A stretch of DNA of 64,000 bases from the NCBI GenBank assembly GCA_965261545.1, contig CBDHDF010000002.1, positions 197,080 through 261,079 of the forward strand. The letters are read 5' to 3'. The DNA is from Bdellovibrionales bacterium (lineage in GTDB: Bacteria > Bdellovibrionota > Bdellovibrionia > Bdellovibrionales > UBA1609). A program made the position numbers and the translations under genes. Shown one piece after another: positions 10,163 to 21,393 of this stretch; within the stretch, counting starts at the first letter, position 1; each line of letters opens with the position of its first letter. The notes beneath the pieces are model-generated. The model saw only the letters and a list, made by a program, of their open reading frames with translations. It ran no database searches and was not told the origin of the DNA.

Positions 10163-10537
10163 TCACTGACTCTTCTGTCTTGAAGCTCCGTTCATAAAAT
10201 TACTCAAATCTTTCTTTTTAAAGTGTTCTTCTTCCACGGAATCCACAGGTGCTTTGCGTTTCTTACTGCCTTGCAAGGCATAAGTGATGGTGGCAAACTT
10301 GGCGTTGACTGTTTGGTTAAGGCTTCGAACAATTCCAATGGATGCCACGGCCATAAGAGCTACAAGAATAAGGTATTCGACAAGAGTTTGACCCATTTGA
10401 TTTCTATTTAATTTCAGATAATCTCTTTCTCTTCTCGTTTTTAAAGATTCTTTTCTAGGTTTCATATATTTTCTTCTAGATTTTAGATACTTTTCTTTAG
10501 ATTTAATTATTTTATTTATTGGTATATGTGAGTTCAT
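10163..10537 (-). CDS. flp: Flp family type IVb pilin
   Basis: NQMG|QTLVEYLILVALMAVASIGIV fits the G-XXXX-EY Flp motif; Lys-rich leader, true start uncertain. Confidence 0.88.
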   Translation of the reverse strand: MNSHIPINKIIKSKEKYLKSRRKYMKPRKESLKTRRERDYLKLNRNQMGQTLVEYLILVALMAVASIGIVRSLNQTVNAKFATITYALQGSKKRKAPVDSVEEEHFKKKDLSNFMNGASRQKSQ

Positions 10538-10590
10538 AAGTCCTCCTTATTAGGTTAGATCCAAAAGGTGTAAGTAAGTTTTTATGCAAG

Positions 10591-11472
10591 CTATGTATTC
10601 TTCAATTCATGTATTATGCATGTATTATGCAAGTCATGCCAGAGGTGTAAGGGGGATAAAGAGGAAGGATAGGGGAAAAAATGCCGGATGACGAATGGCC
10701 GATTTTTTCGGAGATTGAAGAAGAGGTTGCTTTTGAGGGGGCGGAGAATAGGATGCTCTGGTGTTTTCTTTTTTTTTGAAATGGTGGTTGCACATTGAAA
10801 GTGAAGTAGGGTGTTTGTTTTTAAAAGAGAAGAGAGCCAAGGGGGAAGAATCTTTTTAAAATCAATATCCCATTGAGCCCAGGCTTTTTGTCGATGTTCA
10901 AAAAAAATTGAAGGCAAGTAGTCAGGAGTGAGAGAGAAAAGAGGATTTGGAACCATGGACCATTTGTATTTTGGGGGAGTGAGGTTGACAATGGCCCCTT
11001 TAAATTCCTTTCTTAGAAGATCTGAAAATTTATGGCTCGCTAAGGATTGAACTCTGCGAGCTTGTAGAATCCACTTTTGTTGCTTTATTCCATGGTTTAT
11101 TTGTTGAAGGATCACAAAGGCTAAGTAGGATTTGGCAGCGGCAATAAGTTTCGGGTTGGCTGTACCTATGGCCCACTTCAATCTTTTTTCAGCCTTCTCT
11201 CTTTTCTTTCTCAGCACCTGAGCCCTCGGATTGAGAAGCATCATTTTTTTCATGATAATGAGCAACTGATCTTGGGCTTCAAGTAACTGCTGGCGACACA
11301 TTCTATGTCCCCTGTGGTACTGGCTCAGGGTTAGGGAAAGAGCTCCCAAGGTGGCAAGGCAAGTGATAAGCAAAGGGAGCAAAGATAAAACAATCACCAA
11401 AGAAAACCCTTTTTGATTCTTCTTTATAAAATTCTTCCTCTTCTTGATGACAATCAAGTATGACCTCTCCAT
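10591..11472 (-). CDS. TadG/TadE-like pilus-associated protein
   Basis: NQKG|FSLVIVLSLLPLL prepilin-like motif; start set at 11472 because the ORF-track start at 11562 lies inside the IS4 end. Confidence 0.65.
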   Translation of the reverse strand: MERSYLIVIKKRKNFIKKNQKGFSLVIVLSLLPLLITCLATLGALSLTLSQYHRGHRMCRQQLLEAQDQLLIIMKKMMLLNPRAQVLRKKREKAEKRLKWAIGTANPKLIAAAKSYLAFVILQQINHGIKQQKWILQARRVQSLASHKFSDLLRKEFKGAIVNLTPPKYKWSMVPNPLFSLTPDYLPSIFFEHRQKAWAQWDIDFKKILPPWLSSLLKTNTLLHFQCATTISKKKKTPEHPILRPLKSNLFFNLRKNRPFVIRHFFPYPSSLSPLHLWHDLHNTCIIHELKNT

Positions 11473-12277
11473 GCTGTGGTGGCGACTAGTGGTACAAGAT
11501 AGTGGAATGGTGTTATAATGATATAGGCTATTGGTCAATGCCGTTTCCTTAAGCCACCACACCCCTCTGCCTCTGCGTTAAGCTATTTCTTTTAAAAGAA
11601 CTCCCAGCCCTTTTGATAGACCTTTCATAGCTTCTTTTGAAGTGCCTCCTCTTCTCCATTGAAATCTTCATCAGCAACTTTATCTGCTTCCTAAATTTCT
11701 GATAGAGCCCCGCAACAAAAAGGGGGATGCTATCCATTATGAAATCAAGAATCAGTTTAAAGTTAGGTTTTTTGTAGTCATTTTTTACCAACTGATTCAC
11801 ACTGTCTTCATCCTCATTTATGCTCATTTGAATCTTTGTATAATTGAAGAGCCAAAAATAAGAATACAGCTCTTGCAATATTCCATTAAGGCTTGTTGAG
11901 TGCCACTGCTCCATTTTCATTGTCGATGTAAAATCACGAAATGTCGTTTCTATTTCCCAACGACGAGAGTAAAGAGCAACCATATCCTTCTTGTCCAAGG
12001 AGCCATGCGGAAGATTAGTGGCCAAAACAGAGAACTCCCCAGTCTTTGGGTTTTTATACTTATAGAGATGAATGACCACCCCCTCAATAACCATTTGTGA
12101 ATACCAACCTGGGCCATTAAATAAATTTACGATGGGGATAAAAGTAGAGCCTCGCTTACAACGCGCAATAAAGAAGTTACTGGCTTGAGCATGGGCCTTA
12201 ATAATCTCTGTAGATAAATAAAGCCTATCGTAGAGAGTTATGCTATTACTCATAGGTGTTCGTGGTTTTTTATTCTT

Positions 12278-13522
12278 TCATAGCAAGACCTTTTTAGCCA
12301 TATTCATTGATGTTTTTCGCCGTCGGTAGTTTGTGTCATAAATTTCATGGGAGAATATCTTGATCTTCTCTATCAAAATATTTAAATACTTTTGAGATGA
12401 GCTTAGGAGATATTTGATAAAATCAGAGGCTAATAAGACGGTAACCTTAGCAACTCTTTGAAACGATGTGGAGTCATTTTGTTCCTTATTGAGTTTAGTT
12501 CTTCCTATCCTCAAAACAACACTTGATGTGAGGTGAGCCGCTAATGAAGCAAGAAGAAGACTCTCTATGATATTTTGATCGTTTGAGGTGATCTGATTTG
12601 CATTCAAAGAATTCTTACAAGATTTGAAAATAAGTTCACATTGCCAACGTAAACGATAAATTGGATATATGGACTCCGCTGCCACATCTAAATTCGTGCA
12701 ATACCAATGATAGCGTTTTTCGGAGGAATTCCAGAAGCCTACAATTCTCAAACTTACCCATTTACCATTGGACAAGACACTGCCTATAAATTCAACAACA
12801 TCGTTTTTTTTCTTGAGTTTAATATCAGAGAACTCTTTTCCAACATAGTAATCTGGCAAACCTTCAACAACAGCATCAATAAGAATAGAGGCATTTGACT
12901 TCACTCTAGACAAGAAAAATCCTTTAGCTTCATGAATAGATGACAATAAGCCATAGTCCCAATATCCCAAATCAAAGATGACTAATTTTCCAACGAGTTC
13001 CTTTATATCAGGAAAGCACTTCCTATCGTTAGTGGAAGACGGAGTTAATTCGAACCAAGTCATTATACCACTGAATAAACTGAAACAAGCGTGCCATTTA
13101 ATTCCTGCGTTTGTTCTTGTCCCTGGAAAATTCTCAGATGCTCCATCCCAAAGGCTTATTGTGCTTGAGTCAACAAGAAGAACGTCTGAGACTCCCAGTT
13201 GTAATAATATGGCTTTGCTTCCATGAAAAGCTCCATGAGATAGCTTTATCATGAGCATTTCAACCAGTTTACTCAGAAGCTTTTTTAATCTTTTTCTAGA
13301 GAGTCTTTCCCAGAAGCTGTGTCTTTCAATTCTTAACCCTAAATGACTTATCATAAACCTCCTAATCCCCTCTATTGAATATGTCTTAGAGTCTCCCTGG
13401 AATGACAAGACAAGAGCCACAATAAACTCAAGAGGTGGAATGGTTGCCCGAGAGTCCTTTTCAGGAATAACTTTCTTGAAACATTTTTTGATCGTTTTAA
13501 GTGTTTGAGCTTCCGTGCTCAT
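12278..13522 (-). CDS. IS4-family DDE transposase
   Basis: LLVDSS, IFDLGY and IYRLRWQCELIFKSCK (YxxRWxxExxFK) motifs. Confidence 0.95.
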   Translation of the reverse strand: MSTEAQTLKTIKKCFKKVIPEKDSRATIPPLEFIVALVLSFQGDSKTYSIEGIRRFMISHLGLRIERHSFWERLSRKRLKKLLSKLVEMLMIKLSHGAFHGSKAILLQLGVSDVLLVDSSTISLWDGASENFPGTRTNAGIKWHACFSLFSGIMTWFELTPSSTNDRKCFPDIKELVGKLVIFDLGYWDYGLLSSIHEAKGFFLSRVKSNASILIDAVVEGLPDYYVGKEFSDIKLKKKNDVVEFIGSVLSNGKWVSLRIVGFWNSSEKRYHWYCTNLDVAAESIYPIYRLRWQCELIFKSCKNSLNANQITSNDQNIIESLLLASLAAHLTSSVVLRIGRTKLNKEQNDSTSFQRVAKVTVLLASDFIKYLLSSSQKYLNILIEKIKIFSHEIYDTNYRRRKTSMNMAKKVLL

Positions 13523-13627
13523 ATTTGCCCCCTGCGTTTAAAAAATAAAAATTTCCTCCAATTAATCTTGACCTATTAAGATACTAACGCGAGAATCATT
13601 AAGTCTGTAGATAACTCACTTGTATCT

Positions 13628-14091
13628 ATGCGGATTCATTGTATTCGACAGGAGCAAAAAATAGCAATGATTTTTGGACTTTTAATATTACTTTCTTTGG
13701 GATCCTTTATATCTCTTTTTATTTCCTTATTGGTATTTGGATTTGGTTATTTACTGGCACTCATCCTCCCATTAACTCAGATGCAAGCATCTTATTTGTT
13801 TTTTGCTTCACTCACACTTTTGGTTCTTACATGTATTTTTATGATGCTCATATCTCAATTTAAAAATCGTTACTTTCACCAGAATCTAGGAGATATTCTT
13901 TTTGATAATTTGGATGAGGATTTGGAAGATGAAAAGAAAAAAAAATTGTAACTGAAGATATGTCGGCATCACAGCAGAAAAATGACCAAAGCGAAAAAAT
14001 TGAAAGAAATCAATCCTGTCCATGCGGAAGTGGAAAGAAATTTAAATTCTGTTGTTCCCAAAAGTCCACAGTTCTTTCGTTACACAATTAA
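13628..14091 (+). pseudogene. IS4-B passenger: membrane protein with SEC-C motif, frameshifted
   Basis: Lacks one C before the A9 run at ~13936 relative to 42729-43193; also KIGRN changed to KIERN. Confidence 0.8.
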
Positions 14092-15176
14092 GTCTCTTAA
14101 AACACATGGCTTGTCGTGGATATCAAATGTCAATCTGCGTCCATTTCTCAAAATACCATCTATAAATATTTATAAATCGCCCACTTCCCTCTATGTAAAA
14201 AAGGAGGCTTGAAAAGTATTTCCATTAATTCGGAATTAAAATTAGAAAAAAACCACGAACACCTATGTGCTATTACTCTCAAAACTACCTATCATTTGAA
14301 TAGCATTGGCGATTTCGTTGAGAGCGGGAGAATAGCAAAGATTCTTTGTCACACCCGATAAAACGTCATAAGCATGAGATAGATACATACGTAAGAAATG
14401 AGTTTCCATCTCATTTGGGCAAGGGTACCCACAATAACCCTCCTTTAAAAGATCTTTAGAGCGAGGAAGTGCTAATTGGTCGCCATCTATGGCATAGATA
14501 TAAAAGCCATGAAACGTTTTTCTCAATGGTTCGTAGTCTGTAATCAGAGATTCAAAGATATTTTTAAAAAATAGGTAAGAAATACTTTGACGTATCTTGC
14601 TGAGACTGCTTTTGACTGGCATGAGAAGCAGGTCACCAAAATGAGTCCATACCGTCTTAAGAGCGATTTGGTAGCCTTCGTAATTTGTTCCGGAAATAAG
14701 ATAGATAATAGTAAAAAAGAAAATTTGAGGATTAAATTTTCGATTCCTTTTTTGTTTTTCTGGATCGACAAGGTGCTCTGGCTTGAAGGAAGAATCAAGT
14801 TTTGGTAGAATAAAATGGTCATCTGTGACGCGAACTCGTCATTTGGGGGCTTTCGAGATCAATATTGGATTGCATGTGACTTACTCCTTGGTTGAGGGTT
14901 GGGTGTAAAATAAAACAAGTCTTATTCTTGTCGATTTATCTAATAATTTCAAGAGATTTTTCTTAAGGAAACGGCATTGGGCTATTGGTATAGTGTTATG
15001 TGGTGAGTGCGGTATATTGAAGCCATTCACAATTAAAGTTATTCACTTTGCAAGCGATGCCAGTGCTTCTTGTGGTTTTTATTGGAAGTATAGAAAAAAA
15101 GTTGCCGGATCTAGCCAAAGAATTGCCGGATGGGACCGAATGGGGTGGGTGACCAATGGCCGGAGGTTAATGGAGT

Positions 15177-16760
15177 TCAAGCGGGTTTGGAGGGGAGATT
15201 CCAGCTCTGGAGGACTTTTTCAAGATGGATTCCACGAGAACCCTTTATAATGACCATATGATCGTGGCTTAATGCTGAACCCATGGTTTGAGAGAAGTTT
15301 TGTTCGTAGGATTCTGAAAGATAAATCACAGGTTCTGAGGTTCCATGATTTTTGTGAGAAGAGGACTCAAAGCCTTGTTGAAAAGCTTTTCTGTCCTGGG
15401 GGTTGGGTCCGATAAACCACAGTCTGCTGGGTTGGAGACTTGCCACTTGTTGGCCGATCTCTCGGTGTTGTTGCGCTGACTCCACACCAATTTCCAACAT
15501 TTGGCCGACGATGAAAATAAGCTGCTTTTTTCTACATCCATTTTTATGGACTTCACTGAGGTTTTGAACCAAGACTTTGAAACTCTCTGGGCTAGAATTA
15601 TAGGCATCAAACAGTACTTGAGCCCCTGAATTTAACTTGAAAAATTGATTTCTCCCCCAAGTGTTCTTGCAAAATTTTAAAGAGTTCCATATTTTCTCAG
15701 GAGCCAAGCCAAGAGCCACAGCTGTTGTCGCTGCTGCCATAATATTTTCCACATTGTGACGTCCAAAGACGGGGACTCTTGTAGATCCTTTGACATCCTT
15801 GATATGGCCCTCTAGCTTAATAAAATCCCAGCCCATGTGGGTGACGTGGATACATACGGTGCTTTCTTTTTTCCATTGAGAAAAACTCCACTTATTTTTT
15901 CCCTTAAAGGATTCCCACATTTTCAAGGTGTGTTCATTGTCTAAATTAAAAATACCTTGGTTATGAGTATGAATATCAGTACCAGTCTTAGTCTTAGCAT
16001 GAGAGCCATATCGATAGATTTCACTCTTGGCCTTTGCAATTTTTTCTACAGAACCCAATTCACTAATATGGGCGGAACCCACATTGGTGACCATAGCGAT
16101 ATTGGGTTCGGCGATGTGGCACAGTTGGGTGATTTCCTCTGGGTGATTCATTCCCATTTCTAAAATAACAACTTCGTCGGATTTCCGACAAGACAGGAGG
16201 GTGAGTGGAACTCCCCAGTGATTGTTGAAGCTTTCTTGGTTGGCTGTTACATGAAAGTCCTTTTCCAAGAGAGTGACTAAAAACTCTTTTGTGGTGGTTT
16301 TTCCATTGGAGCCGGTCAGACCCACCACGATGGCTGATAGTTGGGTTCTCCAGTGATGAGCTAAATCTTGAAGGGCCTTGAGGGTATCTTTAACAAGGAG
16401 GCAAGTGATAGTGGCATTAGTATTGGCACTTTGGTAAGAAGAGCTTGCTCCAGAGTTTCTTTCAGAGCTTGTTTTGGAGTTGCTTCTAGAGATTTTTCCT
16501 TGGGCCCACTTTTCAGCAATCTCCCTTTGATCTAATAAAAGGGCGGTGGCACCTTGTTCAACAGCTTGTTCAGTGAAGTCATGGGCATCGAAGTGGTTTC
16601 CTCGAAGTGCCACAAACAAATGGTTGGTTAACTTCTTGCGTGTGTCTGTACCCACATTTGAAACAGTTTGGTGGTGAAGAGACAGCACTTCTGCTTTTGT
16701 AGCTGCGACAATATCATGAATGCTTAAATCCATATTATTGTCATGAATACTTAAGTTCAT
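15177..16760 (-). CDS. murF: UDP-N-acetylmuramoyl-tripeptide--D-Ala-D-Ala ligase
   Basis: GLTGSNGKTTTKE, SFNNHWGVPLTL, ILEMGMNHPEEI, DAYNSSP, IIKGSRG. Confidence 0.96.
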   Translation of the reverse strand: MNLSIHDNNMDLSIHDIVAATKAEVLSLHHQTVSNVGTDTRKKLTNHLFVALRGNHFDAHDFTEQAVEQGATALLLDQREIAEKWAQGKISRSNSKTSSERNSGASSSYQSANTNATITCLLVKDTLKALQDLAHHWRTQLSAIVVGLTGSNGKTTTKEFLVTLLEKDFHVTANQESFNNHWGVPLTLLSCRKSDEVVILEMGMNHPEEITQLCHIAEPNIAMVTNVGSAHISELGSVEKIAKAKSEIYRYGSHAKTKTGTDIHTHNQGIFNLDNEHTLKMWESFKGKNKWSFSQWKKESTVCIHVTHMGWDFIKLEGHIKDVKGSTRVPVFGRHNVENIMAAATTAVALGLAPEKIWNSLKFCKNTWGRNQFFKLNSGAQVLFDAYNSSPESFKVLVQNLSEVHKNGCRKKQLIFIVGQMLEIGVESAQQHREIGQQVASLQPSRLWFIGPNPQDRKAFQQGFESSSHKNHGTSEPVIYLSESYEQNFSQTMGSALSHDHMVIIKGSRGIHLEKVLQSWNLPSKPA

Positions 16761-16899
16761 TCGGGTGTTTTGTGGCGCTATCTCTTGTCTCTCTTGATCT
16801 TTTGTCTATGTCTTAATCTTTTTGTTTCTTAATTTCTGGTCTCTTAATTTTCTTATTTCTTATTTCTTATTTATCTCTTATCTTTTTTATCTTCTCTTC

Positions 16900-18039
16900 C
16901 TATCTCTGTGCCACAGGGGCCCACTTGAGGCCCGATTTTCCCTTCCATTCACCGCGAGGGCGGTAGATACGGTTTTGGGAGTATTGCTCAAAAATATGGG
17001 CCAACCAACCACTTACACGAGATACGACAAAAATAGGCGTATAAAGGTCCAAGGGAATTCCCATGCCGTGGTAAACAGTGGCCGAGTAAAAGTCCACATT
17101 GGGTAAAAGACCCTTTTCCTTTTGAACAGTTTCATCAATGATTTTTGACATTTCATACCAGTGGCCTTCTTTGGCTTTTTCAGTGACAAGTTGACTCATT
17201 CCACGGAGAATTTTGGCCCTTGGGTCACCATTTTTATAAACTCGGTGGCCAAAACCCATGATTTTTTCTTTATTGGCAAGGGCGTCTTTCACCCATGTGG
17301 AGGCTTTTTCCACCGTGCCTACTTTCTTGAGGGTACGCATGACTTGCTCGTTGGCACCTCCGTGGAGGGGACCCTTGAGAGCGCCAATGGCACTGACTAC
17401 AGAAGAGTAAACATCACTTAAGGAGGAGGCAGTGACTCTTGCTGTGAAGGCCGAACAATTAAGCTCATGGTCAGCATGTAAAATAAGGCAGGTATCAAAG
17501 ACCTTTACCAATTCGGGGTCGGGTTCCACACCATTGAGGCTGTATAAAAAATTCCAAGCCAAGGTTTTTTCAGGGTTGGGACGCAGCCACTCTTTACCCT
17601 GTCGAGTGCGTTCAAGGAGAGTGACAAGAGAGCCCATTTTGGCTGTCAAACGCAAAGCTACTTTATTCATGGTGGAAGGGTCTGTGCTCTGGGAATCTTC
17701 ATCCCAAAGGGCCATCATGGAAACAGCGGTTCTCAACCAAGCCATGGGGTGAACGTCTTTGTGGGGAAGGGCTTGCAACTGTTGGACCTGGGGGTCTGAG
17801 AGTTGTGCACTTTGATAAATATTTTTCTGAAAAACTTCGAGTTCATCGGTCTTGGGGAGATGCCCATTCCAAAGTAAAAAGGCAACTTCTTCAAAGCTTG
17901 AGTTTTCGGCGAGATCTTCAATAGTGTAACCTCGATAAGTTAAATTGGCGTCAATAATATAAGAAATGCCTGTGGTGCAAGCAATGATACCTTCAAGTCC
18001 TTTGTCTATAGCCCCTGCATAAGTTTCCATTGATTCCAT
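16900..18039 (-). CDS. gltA: Citrate synthase (citrate/2-methylcitrate synthase family)
   Basis: GLEGI, LHADHELNCS, GPLHGGANE, MGFGHRVY, PNVDFYS. Confidence 0.92.
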   Translation of the reverse strand: MESMETYAGAIDKGLEGIIACTTGISYIIDANLTYRGYTIEDLAENSSFEEVAFLLWNGHLPKTDELEVFQKNIYQSAQLSDPQVQQLQALPHKDVHPMAWLRTAVSMMALWDEDSQSTDPSTMNKVALRLTAKMGSLVTLLERTRQGKEWLRPNPEKTLAWNFLYSLNGVEPDPELVKVFDTCLILHADHELNCSAFTARVTASSLSDVYSSVVSAIGALKGPLHGGANEQVMRTLKKVGTVEKASTWVKDALANKEKIMGFGHRVYKNGDPRAKILRGMSQLVTEKAKEGHWYEMSKIIDETVQKEKGLLPNVDFYSATVYHGMGIPLDLYTPIFVVSRVSGWLAHIFEQYSQNRIYRPRGEWKGKSGLKWAPVAQR

Positions 18040-18099
18040 CCTTTGATTCCATCTTAATTGTTTTTGTTGTTTTTGTTTTGTATTTTTTTTATTAATTTC

Positions 18100-19329
18100 T
18101 CACAGGGAGTGTTTAAAGCCAAGCTTCTTTTGCAGATAAAGAGTTTTGACCTTACCAAGATCTCCCTTGGGAAGTTTCTCCACCACATAAACTCCATGAA
18201 AGCCCTCAAACCCATGAACTTTCTGTCTAAAGGATAAGGCGACTTCGTCGATCCTATGAAGCTGAGTTGTGACAAGATCCACTCGAAAGCCAAGTCGAGG
18301 GTCAGGGTTAGCCAGGGCGAGCCACTCTCCTTTCAAGTTTTTTTCTAAAATCACTTCATGGAGAATTTGATTCAATCTTGAAATATTGACGAATTCTCCA
18401 CTGATTTTTACAACTTCACCTTGGCGAGCTTGAAGTTTGAGGTGGTTATGGGACTTTTGCCCCAAATCGCATGTTCGATACCAGCTTTCTGAGCGGTGGC
18501 GAACTTCTACTCCCTTGGCACTTATGATGATCTTGGTGGAAAAGAGAGAGGGGCTTTTGATTTCTAAAACTCCTTTGGAAGAAATTTCTTTGGAAAAAAC
18601 TTCCTTAGAAGAACGAGAGGAATGAGAAGAATCACAGGGGGCTGAGGGCATTCTTGAGGGCATTTTTACCTGGGAGCTTGAGGACACTCTCACCTCCATG
18701 TGGGGAAGAATTTCAAGGCAGGGAGAGGGGGAGGTTCCTATTTTATCCAGGGAGGCGGTGGCCACCTGGCTTCCAGTTTCGGTCATGCCGTAGGTTGGGA
18801 GAAGGGGCCAATGAAGTTTTTTTGCCCTTTCATAGAGTTCTTCAGAGAGGGGGGCGCCGCCCACAAAGGCCACCCTTAAACTGTGGGGAGCTTGGAGTTT
18901 TCTTCTAACAAGGTCGTAAACCTGGGTGGGGACGAGGGATGTGAGGGTGATAGAATTTTTCACGGTCTTGGTGCAAAAGTTGTGGGGATTCCAGGGGGAG
19001 CAGCTTTCATCAATGACCTTTGTTGATGACAGGTGGGATCGAGCATAAATGGCAAGCCCCCCCACATGAAAGGTTGGTAGAGTGTTAAGCCACTTATCGC
19101 TGGAGGTGATTTTGATATGTTGGTTCACCGCTTGGGCAGATATTAGAAGAGCTTGTTTGCTTAAAGCCATCAACTGGATTTGTTTCCGGGAGAGGGTGGT
19201 GCCTGAGGACATGAGCCAAACATGGTTGGGAAGCTTGGGGAGCTGGGCCCTGTGAAGCCATTTTTTCTCTAGGGGAGGAAGGGCTGGGTTGAGGAGAACC
19301 TCTGTGGATGAAGACTGCCAGTCAATCAT
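18100..19329 (-). CDS. menE: o-succinylbenzoate--CoA ligase
   Basis: MSSGTT, LPTFHVGG, TYGMTETGSQ AMP-binding motifs; follows menB; start moved to 19329 (MIDWQ) to avoid overlapping menB. Confidence 0.85.
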   Translation of the reverse strand: MIDWQSSSTEVLLNPALPPLEKKWLHRAQLPKLPNHVWLMSSGTTLSRKQIQLMALSKQALLISAQAVNQHIKITSSDKWLNTLPTFHVGGLAIYARSHLSSTKVIDESCSPWNPHNFCTKTVKNSITLTSLVPTQVYDLVRRKLQAPHSLRVAFVGGAPLSEELYERAKKLHWPLLPTYGMTETGSQVATASLDKIGTSPSPCLEILPHMEVRVSSSSQVKMPSRMPSAPCDSSHSSRSSKEVFSKEISSKGVLEIKSPSLFSTKIIISAKGVEVRHRSESWYRTCDLGQKSHNHLKLQARQGEVVKISGEFVNISRLNQILHEVILEKNLKGEWLALANPDPRLGFRVDLVTTQLHRIDEVALSFRQKVHGFEGFHGVYVVEKLPKGDLGKVKTLYLQKKLGFKHSL

Positions 19330-19360
19330 GGCATGAGACCTAACCTCATCAGACACAACA

Positions 19361-20173
19361 TCAAGGGAGTCTTGGAAACTTCTTAAAGTTGGGGGGACGC
19401 TTTTCCACAAAGGCATTGCGCCCCTCTTTGGCCTCGTCGGACATATAGTAGAGAAGAGTGGCATTGCCTGCGAGATCGAGAAGCCCCATTTGTCCATCAC
19501 AGTCCGCGTTCATGGCTGTTTTTAAGCAGCGAAGAGCCAAGGGGGAGTGTCCCAGTATTTCATGGCACCACTTTAAGGTTTCTATTTCCAGTTGCTCGTA
19601 GGGAACCACGGCGTTGACAAGTCCCATATTTAGGGCCTGTTGAGCATCGTACTGGCGGCAGAGGAACCAAATTTCTCTGGCTTTTTTCTGCCCCACAATT
19701 CTTGCCAAGTAGCTGCTTCCAAGACCTCCGTCAAAGGAACCCACCTTGGGGCCTGTTTGCCCAAAGCGAGCATTGTCAGCGGCAATGGTGAGGTCACAGA
19801 CGACATGGAGCACATGCCCTCCTCCAATGGCATAGCCGGCCACCATGGCAATCACTGGTTTGGGAATCTGTCGAATTTGTTTTTGAACATCCAAAATATT
19901 GAGGCGTGGTACGCCGTCGCCTCCCACATAGCCAGCATTCCCTCGAACTTTCTGATCTCCTCCTGAACAAAAGGCATCTTTGCCCTCCCCCGTGAAAATA
20001 ATAACCCCGATGTTTTGATCTTCTCGGGCTCGATCAAAAGCTTCTTTTAACTGCACAACGGTTTCAGGGCGAAAAGCATTGTGAACTTCGGGGCGATGAA
20101 TGGTGATTTTGGCCACCCCTTCTTTATTGTGTTCATATCGAATATCTGAGTAGGACTTTAGGGAAACCCACAT
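19361..20173 (-). CDS. menB: 1,4-dihydroxy-2-naphthoyl-CoA synthase
   Basis: [39 protein letters not shown]. Confidence 0.97.
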   Translation of the reverse strand: MWVSLKSYSDIRYEHNKEGVAKITIHRPEVHNAFRPETVVQLKEAFDRAREDQNIGVIIFTGEGKDAFCSGGDQKVRGNAGYVGGDGVPRLNILDVQKQIRQIPKPVIAMVAGYAIGGGHVLHVVCDLTIAADNARFGQTGPKVGSFDGGLGSSYLARIVGQKKAREIWFLCRQYDAQQALNMGLVNAVVPYEQLEIETLKWCHEILGHSPLALRCLKTAMNADCDGQMGLLDLAGNATLLYYMSDEAKEGRNAFVEKRPPNFKKFPRLP

Positions 20174-20196
20174 GATTGGCTCCTTGCTATTAAGGA

Positions 20197-20258
20197 CTTC
20201 TTTCTTGTTACCAAGAGTTTCTTTCTTGTTACCAAGAGTTCTTTCCTTGTTACCAAGG
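20197..20258. repeat. Three tandem copies of (t)ttcttgttaccaag(ag) between dusB and menB
   Basis: Direct inspection. Confidence 0.8.
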
Positions 20259-20263
20259 ACTTC

Positions 20264-21262
20264 TTAACCGTGTCCACCCATCAAGAAATTATGACCTGAT
20301 GTATCATCTGGATATTGAAAATGAAGAGGTTCAAAAAAATCAATGATCTTTCTATGGACCTCTTCTAAGGACTTGCTCTGGAAGATAGATTTTCTAAAAT
20401 GAGTGGAGCCAGGATAGCCTGAAGAGTACCATGTCGATAATTTTTTAAGTTGGAGTATGCAGATTTTTTCTGAATGATATCTCTCCAAGTGAGATATGAG
20501 TTTTTTAAATAGAGTGACAAAATTTCTTTCCACGGGTAGCCCTTGTGCCTCTTGAAAAATCCAAGGATTCTTAAGGCAGCCCCTTCCAATCATCACCCCT
20601 TGACATCCTGATTCCTTAAGGTGGTGGCGAGCCATGGAAGCTGTGCAAATATCACCATTCCCGAGAATGGGAAGAGGACTTTTCTCCCTGACCTTTTGGA
20701 TGTAATGCCAATCGGCCTTTCCTGAGTATCCTTGGCTTCGGGTTCGCCCATGAATTCCCATCCATTCAATGCCTTCGTTGTAAGCGACCTGAGCCACTTC
20801 CACTGAATTGCGGTTTTGATCATCCCAGCCTGTTCTGACTTTGATTGTCACAGGGAGTTCACTTCCTCTTTTGACAGCTCGGAGAACCTTTTTTAATTGT
20901 ACAAGGTCTTTGAGGGTGGCCGCCCCCGCCCCTCGCTTTACAACCTTTGGAACAGGACAACCAAAATTGATATCTACAAAGTCAGCTCCTACGTCTTCTA
21001 CTTTTTGAGCGGCAAAGGTGAAGTGCTCAAGTTCGTAGCCAAAGATCTGAATTCCCAGGGGGCGTTGTATTTCGTCAAATTTCATAAGGCCCAATGTTTT
21101 GTCATTTTGAAACTTCAGTCCCGTCGCCGAAACAAGTTCTGTGATAACGATACTTGCCCCCATTTCTTTCATAAAGGACCGAAAAGGGGCATCTGTGATT
21201 CCCGCCATGGGGGCTAGGATAAAGGGGTTTTTGAGGAGCTGTGTTGTGATTTGTGAAGGCAC
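20264..21262 (-). CDS. dusB: tRNA-dihydrouridine synthase B
   Basis: LAPMAGITD, DINFGCPVPKV, IHGRTRSQGYSG, GNGDI, VMIGRG. Confidence 0.93.
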   Translation of the reverse strand: MPSQITTQLLKNPFILAPMAGITDAPFRSFMKEMGASIVITELVSATGLKFQNDKTLGLMKFDEIQRPLGIQIFGYELEHFTFAAQKVEDVGADFVDINFGCPVPKVVKRGAGAATLKDLVQLKKVLRAVKRGSELPVTIKVRTGWDDQNRNSVEVAQVAYNEGIEWMGIHGRTRSQGYSGKADWHYIQKVREKSPLPILGNGDICTASMARHHLKESGCQGVMIGRGCLKNPWIFQEAQGLPVERNFVTLFKKLISHLERYHSEKICILQLKKLSTWYSSGYPGSTHFRKSIFQSKSLEEVHRKIIDFFEPLHFQYPDDTSGHNFLMGGHG

Positions 21263-21317
21263 CGGGAAGAAACCTCTAGAAGTGTGGTGAGTCGAGAAAA
21301 GTGGTCACTTGAAAAAA

Positions 21318-21393
<76 letters not shown>

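Larger units (their letters stand above)
12251..14267 (-). mobile_element. IS4-family element B with passenger gene, copy 1 (2017 bp)
   Basis: IR CATAGGTGTTCGTGGTTTTTT; 10-bp TSD TGCTATTACT; matches 42553-44570. Confidence 0.95.
11549..14875 (-). pseudogene. IS4-A transposase split by IS4-B
   Basis: Pieces 14268-14875 and 11549-12250 match the uninterrupted copy at 25824-27123. Confidence 0.9.
11536..14979 (-). mobile_element. IS4-family element A, copy 1, interrupted by IS4 element B
   Basis: IR CAATGCCGTTTCCTTAAG at both ends; 10-bp TSD GGCTATTGGT; matches 25811-27227. Confidence 0.95.

Noticed and set aside
11473-11562. MWWLKETAL N-terminus of the 10591 ORF (same start in 25637-25837)
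   Set aside because: The start lies inside the IS4-A inverted repeat and is an artefact of the insertion.
13982-14212. 76-aa ORF MTKAKKL... (also 42608-42838)
   Set aside because: Alternative frame overlapping the SEC-C motif of the passenger gene; no recognisable features.
19330-19500. Extended MenE N-terminus from 19500
   Set aside because: Overlaps the 3' end of menB by 140 bp; MIDWQ at 19329 is the more plausible start.
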